From the IMG/VR virus record IMGVR_UViG_3300045988_088904, positions 1 to 35,887 of that record: a stretch of 35,887 nt of DNA; one strand, 5' to 3'. This stretch comes from a virus. The notes beneath the pieces were generated by a model. The model was not told where the DNA came from, made no database searches, and saw only the letters and a program-made list of their open reading frames with translations. Below, piece by piece: positions 7,435 through 17,074 of this stretch. The translations under genes were made by a program, and so were the position numbers. How positions within the stretch are numbered: the stretch's first letter is position 1; the number at the start of each line of letters is the position of its first letter.

Positions 7435-7812
7435 ATGGGACGAAATGCAAAGCCAAAGACCAAAGCTGACCGGATAAAAGCCGAGAAAAAACGGCTTGAA
7501 TCCATCTACCAGGACATAGACCCCGTTCGCCAGAAACTCGCCGCTCCGCTCATCGAACGCGCCTCTTTCATGCGCATCGAGTGCGAGGATCTCGAAGCTG
7601 ACATCAAGGAGAACGGCTGGACTGAGATGTTTACCCAGTCTGCAAACGTTGAGCCTTATGCCCGTGCCCGTCCGCAGGGGCAGAGTTACCAGAGCCTGAA
7701 CGGGAACTACCAGAAGATTATCCGGCAGCTCGACTCCATGCTCCCCGCCGTTGCCGGCAACAGCGAGGACGACGGCTTCGGCAGTTTCGTCACGGGGCGT
7801 GATGACCCGTGA
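7435..7812 (+). CDS. terS: Terminase small subunit (P27-like)
   Basis: AAAGGAGGG RBS before ATG 7435. Basic N-terminus MGRNAKPKTKADR. Stop overlaps the TerL start (GTGA). Confidence 0.7.
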   Translation: MGRNAKPKTKADRIKAEKKRLESIYQDIDPVRQKLAAPLIERASFMRIECEDLEADIKENGWTEMFTQSANVEPYARARPQGQSYQSLNGNYQKIIRQLDSMLPAVAGNSEDDGFGSFVTGRDDP

Positions 7813-9554
7813 CAAAGCGCAGGTCGTATCCCCTCACTTTCGCCCCGATACGCGAGTACTGGACGAAAATCGAAAGCGGGCAGGAAGTCGTCTCGCAGAA
7901 AATTTACCGGACCTACCGGCACATAGTCCGCCGCATGGACGGAAAAGGCTCGGAGTACTTCTACGACCCGCGGCGCGCTAACCACGTGATCGAGTTCGTC
8001 GAGAACTACTGCCGGCACTCCAAGGGAAAGCTCGGCGGTCAGCTCATTCAGCTTGAGCTTTGGGAAAAAGCGATGCTCGCGACGGTGTTCGGCTTCGTCG
8101 ACATCGAGGGCAACCGCCAGTACCGCGAGGCGATCCTGATCGTCGGCAAGAAGAACGGCAAGAGCCTGCTCGCCTCGGCGATAGGCCTGTACATGCAGCT
8201 TGCCGATTCTGAGCCCGGCCCGGAGGTCTATGCAGTCGCTACCAAGCGCGACCAGGCTAAAATCATCTGGTCCGAGGCAAAGCGCATGGTGCAGAAGTCC
8301 CCGACGCTGCTCAAGCGTGTGCGGCCGCTCGTCGGCGAGATCGCCAGCGACTATAACGACGGCGTATTCAAGCCGCTGTCCTCTGACAGCGACACGCTCG
8401 ACGGCCTCAACGTTCACTGCGCGCTCCTCGACGAGATTCACCAGTGGAAGAACGGGCGGCAGCTGTACGACATCATCGCCGACGGTATGTCAGCCCGTGA
8501 GCAGCCGCTGCTGTTCATCACCTCGACCGCCGGCAAGATTCGTGAGGATCTGTACGACGAGAAGTACGAGGAAATCGAGCGGGTAATTAACGGCTATGAC
8601 GATCCTGACGGCTATCACGACGACCGCCTCATCGCGTTCGTCTACGAGCTCGACGCCCGCGCAGAGTGGACAGACCCCGCCTGCTGGAAAAAGGCCAATC
8701 CCGGCCTCGGCACCATCAAAAGCTACAGAACGCTCGCAGAGAAGGTCGAGAAGGCCAAGGCGAACCCCGCGCTTGTCAAGAATCTGGTCTGTAAAGAATT
8801 CAACATCCGCGAGACCAGCTCCGAGGCGTGGCTCACCTTTGAGGAGCTCGACTGCCGCGACACGTACAAGCTTAACCCCTCGGAGCGGATCTTCGTCTGG
8901 GTGCATGACGGTGTTGAAAAGGTGCTGCCGTATCCAACCTACGGCATCGGCGGAGTCGACCTGTCGAGCACGACCGACCTCACGGCCGCCCGTGTCATCT
9001 TCCAGGTTCCCGGGTGTGAGAAGATCTTCTCGATCTCTATGTACTGGCTGGCCGAGGATCTTCTCACCAAGCGAGTCAACGAGGACAAGATCCCGTATGA
9101 CAAGTGGCTCGACCGCGGGTTGGTTCAGCTCAGTCCCGGCAACCACGTTCACGCGAAGTATGTCAAGGAGTGGTTTGTCTACGTTCAGGAGGAGCTGGAC
9201 ATCTACATCCCCTACGTCGGATACGACAGCTGGAGCGCGACCTACTTCGTTGAGGACATGGCTGACTACTTCGGCAAGATGTCAATGATCCCGGTCGTGC
9301 AGGGCAAGAAGACGCTCAGTGAGCCTATGAAGCGCCTCGGCAATGACCTCGGCAGCAAGCGCATCATCTACAACAACAATCCGATCGACAAGTGGTGCCT
9401 GGCGAACACGGCTTACGACGAGGACGTTAACGGCAACATCCAGCCGCACAAGACCAGCAAGCCGACCCGCCGCATTGACGGCACGGCTGCGCTGCTGGAC
9501 GCGTACACCGTGTTCCTGGACAAGCAGGACGAATACCGCGACCTGATCGCATAG
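7809..9554 (+). CDS. terL: Terminase large subunit
   Basis: 581 aa. Walker A VGKKNGKS and LLDEIH Walker B-like motif. Position between TerS and portal. Confidence 0.9.
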   Translation: MTKRRSYPLTFAPIREYWTKIESGQEVVSQKIYRTYRHIVRRMDGKGSEYFYDPRRANHVIEFVENYCRHSKGKLGGQLIQLELWEKAMLATVFGFVDIEGNRQYREAILIVGKKNGKSLLASAIGLYMQLADSEPGPEVYAVATKRDQAKIIWSEAKRMVQKSPTLLKRVRPLVGEIASDYNDGVFKPLSSDSDTLDGLNVHCALLDEIHQWKNGRQLYDIIADGMSAREQPLLFITSTAGKIREDLYDEKYEEIERVINGYDDPDGYHDDRLIAFVYELDARAEWTDPACWKKANPGLGTIKSYRTLAEKVEKAKANPALVKNLVCKEFNIRETSSEAWLTFEELDCRDTYKLNPSERIFVWVHDGVEKVLPYPTYGIGGVDLSSTTDLTAARVIFQVPGCEKIFSISMYWLAEDLLTKRVNEDKIPYDKWLDRGLVQLSPGNHVHAKYVKEWFVYVQEELDIYIPYVGYDSWSATYFVEDMADYFGKMSMIPVVQGKKTLSEPMKRLGNDLGSKRIIYNNNPIDKWCLANTAYDEDVNGNIQPHKTSKPTRRIDGTAALLDAYTVFLDKQDEYRDLIA

Positions 9555-9565
9555 GGAGTGATGCT

Positions 9566-10747
9566 TTGAGCATATTCGACAGATTCATAAATAAGACAAT
9601 TTCCCGCGTCGACCTTGTGACTGAGCGCGGCAACGGCTTCTTTGCCTGGAACGGCAAAGCTTACCAAAGCGACATTGTCCTCTCAGCCATTCGGCAGGAC
9701 GTGAAAGCCGTCGGCAAGCTGACGCCGAAGCACGTCCGGGAAAGCTTCACCGCCGACGGCAAGCGCAAGATCGACATAAATCCGGAGCCTTACATCCGGT
9801 TCCTGCTTGAGGAGCCGAACCCGTGGATGACGGGCTCGGTGTTCCGCGAGAAGCTGATGACTCAGCTCAAGCTCAACCAGAACGCTTTCGCGCTGATCCT
9901 GCGCGATGACAACGGGCTGCCGGTCAATATCTATCCGATATCGGCCTCCGGATGCGAGGCAATCTATGACCGCAGCGGTGAGCTGTTCCTCAAGTTCTTT
10001 TTCAACAACGGCAAAATTTTTACTTTCAGGTACACGGACGTGATCCACCTGCGGGACAACTTCCACAAGGACGATATCTTCGGTACGCCGATATTCCCGG
10101 CGCTCGAACCGCTGATGCAGATCGTGTCCGTCACCGACCAGGGCATTGTAAAGGCCGTCAAAAACAGCTCGGTCATCCGCTGGCTGCTGAAGCTTAACAG
10201 CTCGATGCGGAAGAAGGACGTTGAAGAGCAGGCGAACAGCTTCGCCAAGGCGTTTCTCGACGTTGAGAACGGCCGCGGAGTGGCCGCCGTCGACGCGAAG
10301 GCGGACGCTGTGCAGGTCAATCCGACCGACTACGTGCCGAACGCCGCGCAGATGGACCGAACCACGAAGCGCATTTATTCGCTTTTCGGAACTAATCAGA
10401 AGGTCGTTGACACCTCACGCAGCGAGGCCGAGTGGGGTGCCCACTTCGACAGCGAGGTCGAGTGGGTGCAGAACCAGCTCAGCGAGGAGTTCACCCGGAA
10501 GCTGTTTTCCCGCAAGGCGCGAGCCTTCGGGAACAAGATCGTATTCGAGGCGAGCGCTTGGGACTGCGCAAGCATGCAGACCAAGCTCAATCTCGTTTCA
10601 CTCGTCGACCGCGGCGCTCTGACGCCGAACGAGTGGCGCGCTGCGTTCAACCTCGCGCCAGTCGACGGCGGCGATGAACCGATACGGCGTCTTGACACCG
10701 CGCCGACAAAGCAAATAGGAGAGGAGGCATCATCCGGTGAGAATTGA
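9566..10747 (+). CDS. Portal protein (HK97-family-like)
   Basis: TTG start after GGGAG. 393 aa. Lies between TerL and the prohead protease. Confidence 0.8.
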   Translation: MSIFDRFINKTISRVDLVTERGNGFFAWNGKAYQSDIVLSAIRQDVKAVGKLTPKHVRESFTADGKRKIDINPEPYIRFLLEEPNPWMTGSVFREKLMTQLKLNQNAFALILRDDNGLPVNIYPISASGCEAIYDRSGELFLKFFFNNGKIFTFRYTDVIHLRDNFHKDDIFGTPIFPALEPLMQIVSVTDQGIVKAVKNSSVIRWLLKLNSSMRKKDVEEQANSFAKAFLDVENGRGVAAVDAKADAVQVNPTDYVPNAAQMDRTTKRIYSLFGTNQKVVDTSRSEAEWGAHFDSEVEWVQNQLSEEFTRKLFSRKARAFGNKIVFEASAWDCASMQTKLNLVSLVDRGALTPNEWRAAFNLAPVDGGDEPIRRLDTAPTKQIGEEASSGEN

Positions 10748-11414
10748 TGTAAAGGGCACCATCGTCAGCAGCGATGAGGCCTGGATCTACGATTGGTTCG
10801 GAATCGAGAACACGAGCCCGAAGCCAATCAGGGACGCTCTGGCGAGGGCCAGAGGCGAGCCCGTTGACGTCTACATAAACTCCGGCGGCGGCGATATCTT
10901 CGCCGGGTCGGAAATATACTCTGAGCTCAGAGCCTACAAAGGGCCGGTCGCATTGCATGTGACCGGCCTTGCTGCATCTGCGGCCTCGGTGATCGCCTGT
11001 GCAGGCCCGTCGGACATCTCGCCGACGGGGATGGTCATGGTACATAACGTGTCCGGCAGCGCTGCCGGGGACTACCACACCATGGACAAGCACAGCGACG
11101 TCCTCCGCAAGGCGAACGAGACGATTGCCGCCGCCTATGTGGAGAAAACCGGCATGACGCTTGATGCGGCACTGAAGCTCATGGACGAGGAGACGTGGCT
11201 CTCCGCAGCTGACGCTGTGGAAAAAGGTCTGATCGACAAGGTCAGCGAGCCCGCCGTCCGCATCACAGCCGCCTGCTGCACGGTGCTGCCGGCGGAAGTG
11301 ATCAACAAAATGCGCAACTCGATCAAACCGCCCGAGGGCGAGCCCGCGGACGATCTGATAAAAGCCAAGGCCAAACTCAAATTTTATGAACTGAAAGGAA
11401 GATCTCTCACATGA
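10737..11414 (+). CDS. ClpP-like (S14) prohead maturation protease
   Basis: VYINSGGGDIFAG and TGLAASAASVIA serine-protease motifs. Confidence 0.85.
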   Translation: MRIDVKGTIVSSDEAWIYDWFGIENTSPKPIRDALARARGEPVDVYINSGGGDIFAGSEIYSELRAYKGPVALHVTGLAASAASVIACAGPSDISPTGMVMVHNVSGSAAGDYHTMDKHSDVLRKANETIAAAYVEKTGMTLDAALKLMDEETWLSAADAVEKGLIDKVSEPAVRITAACCTVLPAEVINKMRNSIKPPEGEPADDLIKAKAKLKFYELKGRSLT

Positions 11415-12625
11415 AGAAAGAAATTTATCTCCAGAAGCGCGGCGAGCTTATGAATCAGGCCCAGCAGCTTCTGGACGCCGGTGATACCGAGAAGTTCGAG
11501 GATGTCACCAAGCAGATCGAAAAACTCGACAACGAGTACGAAGAGTCCAGCAAGCGCCAGGCGAACCTTGACGCGCTCAAGGACCGTGTCGCCGGCCCTG
11601 ACTTCGCCGCCGCTGCCGCTAACCCGCAGTTCGGCAACGTGGTCGGCCGCTACGAGCAGGGCGCGCCCGACGATATGTACGACTCCGCCGAGTATAAGGC
11701 GGCGTTCCAGGCATACGTTTGCCGCGGCGTTCCCATCCCGGCGAAGTTCTCCAACGCCGACCAGAACACCAAAACCAGCGATGCGTCCGTAGTCATTCCG
11801 ACCACGACCGTCCAGAAGATCTATGAGGCGATGGAGCGCGTCGGCAACATCCTGCCGCTCGTCACCCGCACGAACTTTGCCGGCGGCATGTCCGTGCCCA
11901 CCTCCAGCGTCAAGCCGACTGCGACGTGGGTCGCTGAAGGCGCAGGCTCCGACACCCAGAAGAAGACCGTCTCTTATATCTCGTTCTCTTACCACAAGCT
12001 GCGCTGCGCAGTCCGTGTCAGCTACGAGATGGATAACATGGCTTACGGTTTCTTCGAGGCACAGCTGGCGCAGAACGTTGCCGAGGCGATCGTCAAGGCC
12101 GAGGAGACCGCCATCTTTAAGGGCACCGGCAGCGGCCAGCCCAAGGGCTTCCTGGCCGAGACCGCCACGGGCAACATCGACATCGCCAACACCAAGCACA
12201 TTTCTTACGCCGACCTCTGCAAGGCCGAAGGCCTTGAGGAAGACGACGAGGCCATCTGGGTTATGACCAAGGCGACCTTTATGAACGAGATTCAGGGCAT
12301 GGTCGATACCGACGGTCAGCCCGTCGCCCGCGTCAACTATGGCCTCAACGGCAAGCCCGAGTACTACATCTTCGGCCGCCGCGTCGAGATTGTCAACAAG
12401 GCTTACATGGATGACGCGAACCCTAACCCGACCGCCGACACCATCTGCGCCGCGCTCTACAACTTCCGCAACTACATTTTCAACAGCGGCGTCGCACTGC
12501 GCTTCCGCCGCTACACCGACGACAAGACCGACGATGAAGTTACCGTCGCGATCGAGGTCTGCGACGGCAGGAGCGTCCAGAATCAGAGCCTTATCACGCT
12601 GACCAACAAGAAGGCGGGCGGCTAA
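11411..12625 (+). CDS. Major capsid protein (HK97 fold family)
   Basis: 404 aa. Coiled-coil delta-domain-like N-terminus. Follows the protease with overlapping start/stop. Confidence 0.85.
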   Translation: MKKEIYLQKRGELMNQAQQLLDAGDTEKFEDVTKQIEKLDNEYEESSKRQANLDALKDRVAGPDFAAAAANPQFGNVVGRYEQGAPDDMYDSAEYKAAFQAYVCRGVPIPAKFSNADQNTKTSDASVVIPTTTVQKIYEAMERVGNILPLVTRTNFAGGMSVPTSSVKPTATWVAEGAGSDTQKKTVSYISFSYHKLRCAVRVSYEMDNMAYGFFEAQLAQNVAEAIVKAEETAIFKGTGSGQPKGFLAETATGNIDIANTKHISYADLCKAEGLEEDDEAIWVMTKATFMNEIQGMVDTDGQPVARVNYGLNGKPEYYIFGRRVEIVNKAYMDDANPNPTADTICAALYNFRNYIFNSGVALRFRRYTDDKTDDEVTVAIEVCDGRSVQNQSLITLTNKKAGG

Positions 12626-12644
12626 TGTGCCCGAATCGGGCACA
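12626..12644. repeat. Dispersed palindrome copy 4 (TGTGCCCGAATCGGGCACA), directly after the capsid stop codon
   Basis: Starts 0 nt after TAA 12623-12625. Confidence 0.95.
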
Positions 12645-12664
12645 AGTGCGTGGGAGGTGCTTAA

Positions 12665-12961
12665 ATGGCGATTCTCGATGATGTAAAGCTCTCCATCGGC
12701 GGGCTCTCCCACACAAGGCTCGACAGCGAGATCGAGGCGGCTATAAACGCGGCCTGCCTCGATCTCCACATCGGCGGAGCGGAGAGCGTGGACAATGCCT
12801 GCAACGCCGACCCCCTCGTCGTTCAGGCTATTAAGAACTACTGCCGTTACTGGTTCAACTATCAGGGAAACGGTGAGTTCTGGTTCAGCTCGTACAAGGC
12901 GCTGCGTGATTCGATGGCGCTGTGCGGGATCTATAACGGGGGTGACGACGATGAAGAGTAA
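12665..12961 (+). CDS. Head-tail connector (gp6-like) protein
   Basis: 98 aa. GGGAGGTG RBS. Position after the capsid gene. N-terminus MAILDDVKLSIG typical of this family (recollection). Confidence 0.65.
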   Translation: MAILDDVKLSIGGLSHTRLDSEIEAAINAACLDLHIGGAESVDNACNADPLVVQAIKNYCRYWFNYQGNGEFWFSSYKALRDSMALCGIYNGGDDDEE

Positions 12962-13268
12962 CCGGACACCGTTCACAGATCTGTGCAAGCTCATCGCGGT
13001 CAAAAAAACCTACGACGACGCGAACCACTATGAGACGGAGGACGTGCCGACCGAGGTGCTCTGTTCCGTCTCCCAGGGCGTCGGCCGCACAGAGTTTTAC
13101 GAAGCTCTCAAAGCCGGCGTCAGGCTGTCCGTGGTCGTTGAGGTCAACGAGTTTGACTACGACGGCCAGACCGTGCTGGAGCACGACGGGCACCGGTACA
13201 GCATCGAGCGCACGTATCCGACCGGGTACGGCACACTTGAGCTGAGCTGCGCGGAGGTGACGCGATGA
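12951..13268 (+). CDS. Head closure / head-tail adaptor protein
   Basis: ATG 12951 overlaps the upstream stop. About 105 aa at the conserved position. Confidence 0.6.
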   Translation: MKSNRTPFTDLCKLIAVKKTYDDANHYETEDVPTEVLCSVSQGVGRTEFYEALKAGVRLSVVVEVNEFDYDGQTVLEHDGHRYSIERTYPTGYGTLELSCAEVTR

Positions 13269-13600
13269 CGATAGATGAACGCATCACCGCGGCCGTGACG
13301 CCGGTCATGCCGGAGGTCGCGCCGCAGATCTATGAGGGCAGCGCCCTCACCTACTGCACCTACAACTACGACGAAATGCCCCAGCTGCACAGCTCCGGAA
13401 AGCCTCGGCGCATCACCTATCTGTGTCAGCTGCACCTCATGCTCCCGCTGGGCGCTGCTTCCGTAACGCTCCGCCGTGAGCTCTGCCGGGCTCTGTGGCA
13501 CGCGGGCTTCACTTGGCCGCAGATCACCGACGCCTACGACGGCGACGGGCAGCACTGGGTATTTGAGTTCGAGGGCAAGGAGGCGCTGGGGGATGGCTAA
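13265..13600 (+). CDS. Head-tail joining module protein, family unassigned
   Basis: ATGA overlap with the upstream gene. 111 aa. Confidence 0.55.
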   Translation: MTIDERITAAVTPVMPEVAPQIYEGSALTYCTYNYDEMPQLHSSGKPRRITYLCQLHLMLPLGAASVTLRRELCRALWHAGFTWPQITDAYDGDGQHWVFEFEGKEALGDG

Positions 13601-14072
13601 GTTCTCCTCCGACGTCGGCCAGCTCATGCTGGACATGCAGCAGATCGCAGAGATTCCGGAGGACGTGATCGACGAGATGCTGCAGGCCGGCAGCAAGGTC
13701 GGCGTTGAAGCGATGCGCCGGTCGCTGCGCCGGATGGGGCTCGTCAAGACCGGGCAGCTGATGAACAGCATCGTTGCAGTGCGCAAGACCGGGAAGGACG
13801 GGCGCATCTACTATCTGGCCTACCCTAAGGGGAGGCGCAAGGCCGAGCCGCACGTGCTCTCGGTCTCCAATGTTAACCGGGTAAATCCGCTGCACACCTA
13901 CGCCAAGCCGCCGACCAACAACGACGTCGGCTTTGTGTGGGAGTTCGGCGCCCCGAAGCGCGGCATACAGCCGCGGCAGTGGATGCGCACGGCTAACGAA
14001 GAAAGCGCGGACGACGTAGTCGCCGCGGAGTTCAAAGTTTATGATGATTGGCTCAAATCCAAGGGATTTTAG
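13593..14072 (+). CDS. HK97 gp10-like tail component
   Basis: ATG 13593 overlaps the upstream stop. GLVKTGQLMNSI resembles the TG.L..SI motif of the gp10 family. Confidence 0.6.
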   Translation: MAKFSSDVGQLMLDMQQIAEIPEDVIDEMLQAGSKVGVEAMRRSLRRMGLVKTGQLMNSIVAVRKTGKDGRIYYLAYPKGRRKAEPHVLSVSNVNRVNPLHTYAKPPTNNDVGFVWEFGAPKRGIQPRQWMRTANEESADDVVAAEFKVYDDWLKSKGF

Positions 14073-14085
14073 AAAGGACTGACAC

Positions 14086-14709
14086 ATGGCTAACGAAAAA
14101 CATTATGTACCGTATGGCCTGAGGGACATCTGGTTCGGAGAGTATTCGTACTCTGACGGTGCGATATCCTACGCCAACCAGCAGGTTCTCGGCCGCGGCA
14201 TCACGGCGACGTTCGACCTCAAGTTTGCCGAAGGCCGTCTCTACTCCTCCGGCGCGCTGAGCCGGTACAAGAAGAAGCTCACCGGCGGTTCGATCTCGCT
14301 CAACGTCGAGGATCTCCCGCAGAGCATACAGAAATCCATTTTCGCCGCGACCGAGTACAGCCGCAATGTTGGCACCGGCAGCAGCACCGCAGTCAAGAGC
14401 ATCGGCTACAACCGCAACAGCGGCGGCCGTTACGTGGGCATCGCAACCTACGTCCCGGCAGACGAGGCATCCGGCGACGGCTACATCGGCGTGTTCGTGC
14501 ACAAGGCGATGTTCGGCCCGCCGAGCATGTCTTACCAGACCGAAAACGACAGCATCCAGTGGACGACCCCGACCACGACGGGTGAGTTTGTCGACCCGGA
14601 CGGCACTCAGAGCGACGGCTCCCCGTGGTCTCAGATCGAAATCGCGGAGTTTGCCACCGAGGCCGCGGCGCTGGCATGGTGCAAGGCCTGTCTGGGGGTG
14701 ACCGGATGA
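14086..14709 (+). CDS. Major tail protein
   Basis: 207 aa, immediately upstream of the G/GT chaperone pair and tape measure. Confidence 0.7.
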   Translation: MANEKHYVPYGLRDIWFGEYSYSDGAISYANQQVLGRGITATFDLKFAEGRLYSSGALSRYKKKLTGGSISLNVEDLPQSIQKSIFAATEYSRNVGTGSSTAVKSIGYNRNSGGRYVGIATYVPADEASGDGYIGVFVHKAMFGPPSMSYQTENDSIQWTTPTTTGEFVDPDGTQSDGSPWSQIEIAEFATEAAALAWCKACLGVTG

Positions 14710-15071
14710 GCGACATCCGCAGCGTGGTCATGCCCAGGACGATCAACGGCAAGGTCTACCCCCTGACCGTTAACTACAACGTCATCGCCGATATACAGGC
14801 GGAGCTCGGTAACCTCCGGGAACTGCTCAAGCCCTCGAATTACCTCAAGGTCGCTTCCGTCGCGCTGGCAGCAATGCTCAACGAGGCCGCTTATCAGATG
14901 GAGTGCCCGGAGCGCTTCGACTCCCGCAGCGTCGCGCAGTATTTCCCGCCGATCACGGACATGGCAGCGGCGACCACCGAGGCCGTCAAGATCGTCAAGT
15001 TCGTGCTGGATGCGATGATCGACCCGGAAGAGGCCGGGGACGCGCCCGAAGGGAGCGCCGAAAAAAACTGA
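14706..15071 (+). CDS. Tail assembly chaperone (gpG-like)
   Basis: ATG 14706 overlaps the major tail stop. Ends at TGA 15069-15071, right after the slippery run. Confidence 0.8.
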   Translation: MSDIRSVVMPRTINGKVYPLTVNYNVIADIQAELGNLRELLKPSNYLKVASVALAAMLNEAAYQMECPERFDSRSVAQYFPPITDMAAATTEAVKIVKFVLDAMIDPEEAGDAPEGSAEKN

Positions 15072-15286
15072 GCTCCGGCGCACTGCCGGAGCTGAAAATT
15101 GATTTTGCGCAGGCGCTCGCGGTCTGGCTGATGCGGTTCAACGGCACGGAGGAGAGCTTCTGGCACGGGCTCTGCCCGCGCCGCCTGAACGCTCTGTGCA
15201 AGGTGCTGCTGCCGCAGCAGCGCCCCCAGCCGCTCCAGAACCGCGATAAACCGTCGGCGCGTGAGTTCTTCCTCGGAGGTGATTAA
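14706..15286 (+). CDS. Tail assembly chaperone -1 frameshift fusion (gpGT-like)
   Basis: The -1 frame is open from the slippery site to TAA 15284-15286, directly abutting the tape measure start. Confidence 0.75.
15062..15068 (+). promoter_or_regulatory. -1 programmed ribosomal frameshift heptamer A_AAA_AAC
   Basis: Zero-frame codons are GAA AAA AAC TGA. This is an X_XXY_YYZ slippery pattern, placed 1 nt before the stop. Confidence 0.8.
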
Positions 15287-17074
15287 GTGGCGACACGCAA
15301 AGTAAATACCGAGTTCACGGTCACCGGTGAAGAGAAGCTCAGACGGGCAATAACCGAGATCAACAACGGCGCGAAGGTGCTCAAGTCCGAGATGAATAAG
15401 CTCACTGCCGAGTATGACGGCAACACCGACAGCGCCGAATTTTTAACCCAGAAATACGACATCCTCGAACGCCAGATGCTGACGCAGAAGGACAAGGTCG
15501 GGGCTCTCAAGCAGGCCGTCGCCGACTCCGCCGAGGCTTACGGCGAAGCTGATTCCCGGACGCAGAACTGGATAATCCGGCTCAACAACGCCGAGGCCGC
15601 CCTCGCCAAGACCTACGGCGAGATGGGGCGGACGCAGACGGCCATTGAGGGCATGGACGGTGCCTTAGACGATGTGTCCGGCTCGACCGGCTCGGCCGCC
15701 GAGGGCATGACTTCTCTCGGCGACGTGCTCGACACCGTCGCCGATAAGCTCGGCATTAAGCTGCCGGACGGTATCTCTAAGTTCACCGGCGGGCTCGGCA
15801 AAATCCCGGCTTCCACCGCCGCAGCAGCCGCCGGCGTTGCCGCGGTCGTCGCGGTCGTCATTAAGCTCGAGAAAAAGCTTATGGACGTCACCAAGGAGAC
15901 CGCGGCAGCGGCTAAGGAGCTTGAGGCGCTGTCCTTGCGGACCGGCGTCAGCACGACGGACTTGCAGGCCTTCCAGTATGCCGAGGATTTTATCGGCGTC
16001 AGTTCCGACCAGCTCGCTGATTCCCTTAAGGACTTAACCACAAAGATGTCCGACGCGGCGAACGGCAACGAGGAGACCGCCGCAAAGTTTGACCAGCTCG
16101 GCATGTCCATCTACGACGCACAGGGCAACCTTCGCAGCTCCTATGACGTGTTTCTCGACGTGATAGACGGACTCGGTGAGATGAGCAACCAGGCAGAGCG
16201 CGACGCGCTGGCCATGAGCCTTATCAACGAAAGTGCGCAGCAGCTCAACCCGCTTATCGAGCAGGGTTCCGGTTCTCTGAAAAAGTACGCAGCCGAGGCC
16301 GAAAACGTCGGTTACATCCTAAGCAATGACCAGCTAAAGGCGCTGACTGACGTCGACGAAGCACAGAACCGGCTGCTTAAGTCTCAGGAGGCCGTCAGCA
16401 AGCAGATCAGCGCAGAGTACGCGCCGTATATGTCCGACGCTCTCAATGAGACACGCGAGCTCATAGAGAAGGTCGGCACAGCGCTTATCGACTCCGGCGC
16501 GGTCGAGGCGTTCGGTTCGATACTGGACAGCGCTGTCTCCCTGCTTGAGCCGCTGGGCGATCTCACCGCTGATATCCTCCCCCCGTTGGGGACTCTGCTG
16601 CAAGGCATTGCCGGGACGCTGGCATGGGCAGCAGATACAATCAATCTGATCGTCGGCCTGCTGACGCTCAACGGCGACCGGATCAGCACCGCGCTCGGGC
16701 TCAACCCGAACAAGGCATCGAACATTCAGAAGGCGCTCTACGGCGCGGACTATAAGACCGAGAGCTACTACGACTCGACCGGCAACTACTACGACCCGAC
16801 GACCGGCCAGTGGACAGGCAACTACTTCCACAACGCCGGGGGCAACGACAACTTCCCCGGAGGGCGCACGAGGGTCGGCGAGAATGGCCCGGAGACCGTC
16901 TACCTGCCGCAGGGTACGGTCATCGCCAACGCGCAGGAGACGCGCGCTGACGGCGGCTACGACGCGCCTGTCAACGTCTACATTGAGGCGCGGACGATTC
17001 AGGAGTTTAACGACATTATTGAGATAGTGCGTGACGCCCAGCGCGTCCGCCGGATGAAGGGAGCGCCGAGATGA
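15287..17074 (+). CDS. Tail tape measure protein
   Basis: GTG after GGAGGTG. 595 aa, coiled-coil and Ala/Gly-rich. Position after G/GT. Confidence 0.85.
   Translation: MATRKVNTEFTVTGEEKLRRAITEINNGAKVLKSEMNKLTAEYDGNTDSAEFLTQKYDILERQMLTQKDKVGALKQAVADSAEAYGEADSRTQNWIIRLNNAEAALAKTYGEMGRTQTAIEGMDGALDDVSGSTGSAAEGMTSLGDVLDTVADKLGIKLPDGISKFTGGLGKIPASTAAAAAGVAAVVAVVIKLEKKLMDVTKETAAAAKELEALSLRTGVSTTDLQAFQYAEDFIGVSSDQLADSLKDLTTKMSDAANGNEETAAKFDQLGMSIYDAQGNLRSSYDVFLDVIDGLGEMSNQAERDALAMSLINESAQQLNPLIEQGSGSLKKYAAEAENVGYILSNDQLKALTDVDEAQNRLLKSQEAVSKQISAEYAPYMSDALNETRELIEKVGTALIDSGAVEAFGSILDSAVSLLEPLGDLTADILPPLGTLLQGIAGTLAWAADTINLIVGLLTLNGDRISTALGLNPNKASNIQKALYGADYKTESYYDSTGNYYDPTTGQWTGNYFHNAGGNDNFPGGRTRVGENGPETVYLPQGTVIANAQETRADGGYDAPVNVYIEARTIQEFNDIIEIVRDAQRVRRMKGAPR

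Noticed and set aside
11384-13003. 539-aa ORF on the minus strand, the longest antisense ORF in the window
   Set aside because: It lies entirely antisense to the major capsid and connector genes, which have clear family motifs, RBSs and operon context. Its composition (Val/Ala/Gly/Arg/Leu/Asp-rich) is typical of shadow ORFs in high-GC DNA. The same reasoning applies to 19010-20098, 7707-8441, 8490-9152, 13157-13807, 16334-17089, 24676-25332, 25058-25759 and 35092-35820.
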